This document shows positions 34,370 through 40,273 of a DNA stretch of 40,273 bases, piece after piece (positions within the stretch are counted from its first letter, which is position 1; each line of letters starts with the position of its first letter). The translations under genes were made by a program, and so were the position numbers. The stretch lies in IMG/VR virus record IMGVR_UViG_3300023371_001771, positions 64,001 through 104,273 of that record; one strand, given 5' to 3'. The notes under the pieces are model-generated. The model ran no database searches and was not told the DNA's origin. It saw only the letters and a list, made by a program, of their open reading frames with translations. Source of the DNA: a virus (Duplodnaviria > Heunggongvirae > Uroviricota > Caudoviricetes).

Positions 34370-34705
34370 ATGGAATGGCACGAGGTTGTTGTAAGCATCT
34401 TATCTGGTTTGGCAATAGCTATTCCACTTGTTGTTGAATTAGTAAAGTGGGTTAAGAAAGCCGTAGAGGAAAAAAATTGGCAAGAACTTCTAAAGCTAGT
34501 CACCAATCTTATGACTGAAGCTGAATCGAAGTTTCAAAACGGCGCTGACAGAAAAGAATGGGTGCTCACTTGTGTAAAGGCAAGCGCTGATACTATTAAT
34601 TATAAGATTGATTTAGAACAAGTTGGTAATCTTGTGGATTCTTTGTGCGCTATGTCCAAAATTGTGAATGCGCCAAAGGAAGAAGAAACTGAAGTGAAAG
34701 AATAA
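34370..34705 (+). CDS. Putative holin (LL-H-like single N-terminal TM), 111 aa
   Basis: N-terminal hydrophobic helix followed by AE.KF..GA.RKEWV. Confidence 0.55.
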   Translation: MEWHEVVVSILSGLAIAIPLVVELVKWVKKAVEEKNWQELLKLVTNLMTEAESKFQNGADRKEWVLTCVKASADTINYKIDLEQVGNLVDSLCAMSKIVNAPKEEETEVKE

Positions 34706-34798
34706 GGTGGGATTAACGCCCACCTTAAAATATAACTGTGAAATTATATTAAAATATTATTTTAATTTTATATACAAGAATGAAGAAAAGGAGGTGCC

Positions 34799-37588
34799 AT
34801 GATGGGAATTTCAATTTTAGAAGCATTACGTCGATCTGTTCGTTCTTTATATGTTAAGATTCCTACTGAGCTTAGTGTATCTGGTAACAAGCTGTTCTTG
34901 TCGCATAATGGCACACTATTAGACGAGGGTATTGAATATAATCCTGGCGGCGGTACTGGTGGTGGCAGCGCAGGATATGTCACATTAAAAAATTTATTAT
35001 ATTCATCAAGTATTACAGCTGCGCATGGCAGCACCGTAGAGCTAAAATTCTCATATGCAACTACAGAGGAAACAGATGACGGTAGTGCGAGTATTTATTT
35101 GGATGATGTTTTACAAATGACAACCTCAATTAAAAGAGGCGAAAATTCAATTGATATTACAAAATATTTAAGAAGCGGAACTAATAATATCAAGCTAACA
35201 TGCTCAGATCCCTATGGCAACGAAAGATCTCTTAAATATACTGTTAGCGTTATATCTCTATCTCTTACAACCAGTTTTAGTGACGCAAAACCGTATACTG
35301 GTGATTATTTTGAAATTCCATATATTTTAACAGGCGATGGAGAAAAAATAATGCATTTTGAGTTTGACGGAGAGGACATTACTGAAACAGTATCTTCGTC
35401 TGGCACAAACTCAAAAAAGACAATTTATTTTGAAACAAGAGGGCATGGAACGTACACATTAAAAATGTACGCGGAAATGGAGCTCTCTGGTCAAACTGTT
35501 ACAAGCGACGTTTATTATTTTGATATTATGCGCGTAATGGGTACGACGCCTTTGATTAGTTCAGTTTGTGACATTGTTAGCGCGAAACAGTACGAAACAG
35601 TTGGTATTCCATTTGCTGTTTATCATGCGACAGATGCTGCGCCCGTTGTTGACCTTATTATTAGTAAAGACGGTGTAGTTCATTCTCAAAAAACAATGAC
35701 TGCGAATCGTGGAGAGCGAGTTATTTGGCATGCAAGAACAACAATAGTTGGTAATGTTGATTTTACTATTTCATATGATGGCGTAAGCAAAACTCATACT
35801 ATTGCTATTACAGAAAGCGATATTAATGTGTCTGTAAGACAAAATGATATGGCATTTGAGTTGAGAGCCGCTGGAAAGTCAAATAATGACACAGATAAAG
35901 ATGTGTGGGTTAGTAGCATTGGAGATGTATCTGTAGATTTTGAAAATGTTGGCTGGAATGTTCAGCAAAAAACATTTATTGTAACAGGCGCTGATTCTGG
36001 TTCAGAAATAAAGAAAAAATATGCAATTGGCACTGGATGGGCTACCGATGACAACGGTGATACTGCACTGAGATTGTCAGGAGATGCGAGAGCTACAATC
36101 AACTTTAAGCCATTTGCTGAAGACTGGACTACGTCAAAAACAATTGAGATGGAATTTGCAATTCGCGATGTTAATAACCGTGACGCAGTTGCGATTTCTT
36201 GTATGAATAATAATGTTGGTTTTAAGATTACTGCGGACACGGCTTCTTTGATTCGAAATAATGTTCCTATTGTAGAAGCGAAGTATGTAGATGATGAAAA
36301 AATTCATTTGGCGTTTGTAGTTGAAAAGCAGGTTATGAACGATCATACTGTTAGACTGGTTACATCTTATTTGAATGGTGTGCTGTCTAGCGCGGCTACG
36401 TTTGCTGAGAGTGATTCTATATTTCAAAATCCTGCCGTTAATATATCTGTCGGGTCTTCTGACTGTTCTCTTGACTTATACATGATGCGCTTTTATGATG
36501 TTGCTCTTACTAGTCATGAGTTGAGAGACAATTATATTGCGGATAGCATGGATGCAGATCTATTGGCAGATAATGATGTTTATGTTAATGGTGCAATTGA
36601 ATATAGTAAGCTAGAAAACAAGATTCCAGTTATGAGAATTACTGGCGAACTTCCTTCTAAAAAGGCGGATTCAAATAAGAAAAAGGGCGGCAGAGATTAT
36701 CCTGTTGATGTAATTTATACAAATAAAAGCCCAATTCCAAGTATTCAAGAGAATAATGTGTTAATCCATGTACAAGGCACGAGCTCCGAAGGATATATCA
36801 GAAAAAACTGGGACCTTGATTTTGAAAATGAATACCAACACATGGATGGACAGTTGCCAACCGACTATTTTACTATGAAAGCTGACTATGCAGAGGCTAC
36901 AGGCACGCACAATACCGGCAATGCAAACTATGTGCATACTTTTTATACTGCAGATAAGTTTAGTGATGATGCGCCTTTTGTCATTGATCCACGCGCAAGG
37001 TCGACGATAGCTGGATTTCCATGTGTAATTTTCCATCGCAAAACAGAAAGTGAACCATATACCTTTGCTGGAAAATATAATTTTAACTTTTCAAAAGATT
37101 CTGAAAATGTATTTGGGTTCACAGCTACTCGTGAAGATGGCACTCCAATTTACCCAAAAATTCAGTCATGGGAATTTTGTGAAAACAAATATCTTGCATG
37201 TAGGTTTAGACAAGACCCAGATGCTTCAGATATTACAGAAGATAATTGGAAAGAATGGTTCGATGACAGATATCTTTACGATGGCGGTGACCTAGAAGAC
37301 TTTAAAATTATGTATCGCTGGGTTTATTCTACCTGCCAGGACAATGCAACAGGAGAAAATCTTGCCGATGCTTATGTGGATGTTGACGGTGTAACTCATA
37401 CTAAAGATACAAAAGAATATAGGTTGGCAAAATTTAAGACAGAGTTTAAAGAACACTTTGATTTAGATTTTAGTCTTGTTTATTATTTGTATACTTTTGT
37501 AATGTTGATGTGTGACCAGAGAGCAAAAAATATGTTCTTGACTTCATGGGATGGAATCATATGGCATCCGTGGCTATATGACAACGAT
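34799..37588 (+). CDS. Giant virion protein, exon 1 (930 aa): Ig-like, ConA/LamG-like and CotH-like kinase domains
   Basis: GGGTGGGSAG linker; lectin-like region; VQGTSS (36773), FTMKADYAE, DQRAKN (37514), WLYDND ending at 37588. The last 22 codons of the track ORF are intron sequence. Confidence 0.75.
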
Positions 37589-38607
37589 AAAAATTTTTAT
37601 GTCGTTGTAAAACCTTTTCTAATATACGGCGAAAATCATGAGAATGATAACGCCTAGGAAAATCATAAATAAGTTTTCGATATTTATTACTAATGATAAA
37701 GAGGTGTAATTAATTTTATGCCAAGAGTTAATGTGCTTGAAAAATATATCTATTTAATTGGGCAAAAAATCAATAAATGGACCGTTTTAGAATTAAAGCG
37801 TGATAGAAGAAATTGCGACGCTATATGCATGTGTGAATGTGGGAATATAAAACCCGTCAATGTATACAATCTTATTAACAATAAAACTCAAGATTGTGGA
37901 TGTGGCAGAAAAGCAATGCTTAGAGAGGCAAGAACTAAAAATTTAGTTGGACAAAGGTTTGGAAAACTTGTTGCTGTAGAATTGTTGGAAGAGAGCAATA
38001 AATTTAATCGCAGGCTGTATAGATGTAAGTGCGACTGCGGCAATGAAATCATTGTTCCAAGCAGTTGTTTGACCACAAATCATACTTCTTCGTGCGGATG
38101 TATTCTATCATATTACAACATGTATATTGACATTTTATTGGATAAACTTAATGTTAAGCATAGGCCAGAATATACAATAACTATTGATGGACATAAATTT
38201 AGATATGATTTTTATTTATGTGATTATAATTTAATTATTGAATATGATGGCGAACAACATTATATGCCAGTTAATTTTGGTGACAATGATCCAATTAAAA
38301 TGGAAGAAAATTTAAAAAGGGTTCAAGAACATGATCGTTTAAAAAATAAATATTGTGAAGAAAATAACATAAGCCTTTTAAGAATCCCGTATTGGGAAAA
38401 ATATAATATCGATAAACTTATTCACGATTGCCTACAACGACTGAACGAAAAGGATCTTGCTAAAACAGCTTAAGCAAGATATGTAACAGTCTGAACTGCA
38501 ACTATAATCTAAAAATGAAATTGCAGAGGGAAGGTCGGCGGTAACCAGACCGTCTTGGAAGAACCTTCCCCGCTTGTAGAAATACAAGTCATAAAAGTAA
38601 CAGAGTG
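37589..38607 (+). mobile_element. Group I intron, 1019 nt, carrying a homing endonuclease
   Basis: P1: ACAACGAT| pairs with GTCGTTGT (37601-37608), giving U37588.G37601. P4: GGCG/CGCC. P3: CCTTTTC (37613-37619) with GAAAAGG (38447-38453). P7: ACGACTG (38437-38443) with CAGTCT (38487-38492). P8: ATCTTGCT/AGCAAGAT. P9 hairpins present; terminal G at 38607. Confidence 0.92.
37718..38473 (+). CDS. Intron-encoded endonuclease (Vsr/DUF559-like) with two CxCxCG...SCGC zinc-type repeats, 251 aa
   Basis: Two GQ(K/R)(I/F)..(W/L)...CxC(E/D)CGN...(D/S)CGC units, then RYDFY...IIEYDGEQH...D..K..YC..N.I.LLRIPY. Confidence 0.8.
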   Translation: MPRVNVLEKYIYLIGQKINKWTVLELKRDRRNCDAICMCECGNIKPVNVYNLINNKTQDCGCGRKAMLREARTKNLVGQRFGKLVAVELLEESNKFNRRLYRCKCDCGNEIIVPSSCLTTNHTSSCGCILSYYNMYIDILLDKLNVKHRPEYTITIDGHKFRYDFYLCDYNLIIEYDGEQHYMPVNFGDNDPIKMEENLKRVQEHDRLKNKYCEENNISLLRIPYWEKYNIDKLIHDCLQRLNEKDLAKTA

Positions 38608-40273
38608 ACATGTTTAGGCATTAATAATGAAGGCTATCTTCGTTACGATTATTACCATGAAGATTTAGGACAAAACGATGCTGTTGGCGCAACCAACGTG
38701 TATAACGGATATGATTCCGTGCTATGGAATAACTTTGCAGAAGCATTTAAAGATGATATTCAAAAAACATATAGCTCGTGGAGAAGTGGATATTCTCCGC
38801 TATTAAGTTACAATAATGTTATGAAATATTTTATAACAGATCAGTCTGATAAATGGTGTATATCTATTTACAATGAAGACGCAGAATACAAGTATCTATC
38901 AATGTACAGGAATGGCGACGACTCTTCTTTCTTGTATCAAGTTAAAGGCACAGGCGAAGAACACTTAAAGTATTTTATAAAAAATCGTTTGATGTATTGC
39001 GACTCAAAGTGGCAAGCAGGCGATTTTATTAATAAGGATACAAATACTATTTTATTGCGCCTAAACTCCCCTGACGGCATTGAGGATGATGCAATTAAAC
39101 CAGATATGACGATTAAGTACAAAACATTCTCTAATATGTATACTGGTGTGCGTTATGGTACTAACGGCATATTGTCGTCTATATACACAGACAGAGGCAA
39201 ACTAGTAGAACATAAAATGCCAGATGGTGAAGACCCAAATAACCTTGATACATATATTTTTGGTGCCAACGAAATTTCTGAGCTTGAAGATATGTCGTTA
39301 TTGTATGCAAACTTAATTAATATTAGTGCAGCAAGCAAATTAACAAAGCTAGTAGTTGGCAATAGTCATCCAAATTATAAAAACGATGTTTTAAAAAGCC
39401 TGTCATTTTCTAATAATAGACTGTTGAGAGAAGTAAATGTATGCAATTGTACTGGACTGACAATGACGCTTGACTTCTCGCTATGTCCAGATATTCAATA
39501 TATTTACGCTACTGGTAGCAAGATTTCAGGTGTACAATTGCCAGATTCAGGTTTCTTAAAAGTCATTCATCTACCTGAAACGGTTAGTAACCTTACATTT
39601 GTAAATCAGCATCACATAGAAGAATTTATTTGCGAAGGATATGGCAATGTTACTACGATCAAGATAGAAAACTCCAATAACATTCCATTGCAAGATATTT
39701 TACTTGGTTGTGATTCTTCTGTGTTGGCATCCGTATCTGTAAAAAATATTAATTGGAATGTTAGCTCTGAGGAAAATCTACAGATAATTGTTGACAAACT
39801 AATAGCATGCAATGGATCGGTTGTTGAAGGTGCAGTTTATTTGCCAAGTGGCGTAACTGTATCGGATGATCTAAAAGTTACAATTCATCAGAACTTTCCA
39901 AACTTAAATGTTATTGATGATAATCCAGTATTCTACATTGACTATTTTAATTTTGATAATACAATTTGGGATACTGAAATGGTAAGTGCAGGCGAAGATG
40001 CAATTGGTCCACAGAAAGGTGATCCAGATGATATTGTGCAAGAAGCATTTGGATTAAGACACTTGTTTGTACAATGGAAAGCATTGCCTGTTAATGTAAA
40101 TAAAAATCATCAGATTGATGCAATATGGCAAACTCAATATTGGGTTAAATATTATGATAGCGACATATTGCTGTATGATTATTGGGCAGATCAAGGTAGC
40201 GAAGCAAAAGATCCAGTGTTAGATGGACCTATACCAGCACCAGAAAAACCTGGCAATGATGAGTTGCGATATT
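38608..40273 (+). CDS. Giant virion protein, exon 2 (>555 aa, runs off window; missing from ORF track)
   Basis: Hand-translated with no stop to the window end: TCLGINNEGYLRYDYYHED..., LRR-like segment (LTKLVVG..LKSLSFSNNRLLREVNVCNC), then repeat-like C-terminal units. Splicing gives YDND|TCLG. Confidence 0.88.

Larger units (their letters stand above)
1..40273 (+). mobile_element. Structural gene region of a large tailed phage/prophage
   Basis: Co-oriented capsid, neck, tail-tube, fibre and holin-like genes with no host housekeeping genes. Order and sizes of the first ten genes resemble the SPbeta-type head-tail block (recalled, not verified). Confidence 0.93.

Noticed and set aside
34704-34726. 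AAGGTGGG/CCCACCTT hairpin as a terminator
   Set aside because: It has no U-tract on either strand, so it was left unannotated.
37589-37657. C-terminal KNFYVVVKPFLIYGENHENDNA of the 952-aa track ORF
   Set aside because: This is read-through into the intron 5' end (P1-P4), not part of the mature protein.
923-39812. Short minus-strand and alternate-frame ORFs in the track
   Set aside because: They are shadows of long + strand genes, with no SD sites and no recognisable motifs.
1-40273. Stop-codon reassignment (alternative genetic code)
   Set aside because: Genes are long and dense under the standard code, TAG and TGA both end genes, and the two apparent truncations are explained by introns.
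1-40273. tRNA or rRNA genes
   Set aside because: No cloverleaf or rRNA signature was seen in any intergenic region.

Overview
This is the AT-rich virion-morphogenesis (late) region of a large tailed dsDNA phage or prophage. The host is probably Bacillota, given the GGAGG Shine-Dalgarno sites and a consensus sigma-A promoter. All credible genes are on the + strand. Positions 1-6.9 kb hold head, neck and tail-tube genes. The tail-tube gene is split by an ORF-less group I intron (6357-6728) and followed by a free-standing zinc-ribbon/HNH endonuclease with its own promoter and a structured leader. Positions 8.8-33.9 kb hold about 25 modular fibre/adhesin-like genes (Mtd_N-like heads, coiled coils, BspA LRRs, two proteins made of a 23-aa Cys-rich variable repeat, Ig, lectin and CBM domains). 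Their termini carry recurring motif pairs, and their internal domains sit between conserved anchor motifs, including one nearly empty cassette. A GT2 glycosyltransferase and a CotH-like kinase are embedded in this array. After two holin-like genes comes a giant lectin/CotH-kinase/LRR gene. A second group I intron (37589-38607, encoding a Vsr/DUF559-like endonuclease) interrupts it exactly at the YDND metal-binding motif, and its second exon runs off the window and is absent from the ORF track. The best candidate for an undescribed system is a mix-and-match virion appendage kit (docking termini, swappable cassettes, variable repeat binders) with dedicated kinase and glycosyltransferase enzymes. 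All product names come from motif recognition and synteny; no database searches were run.
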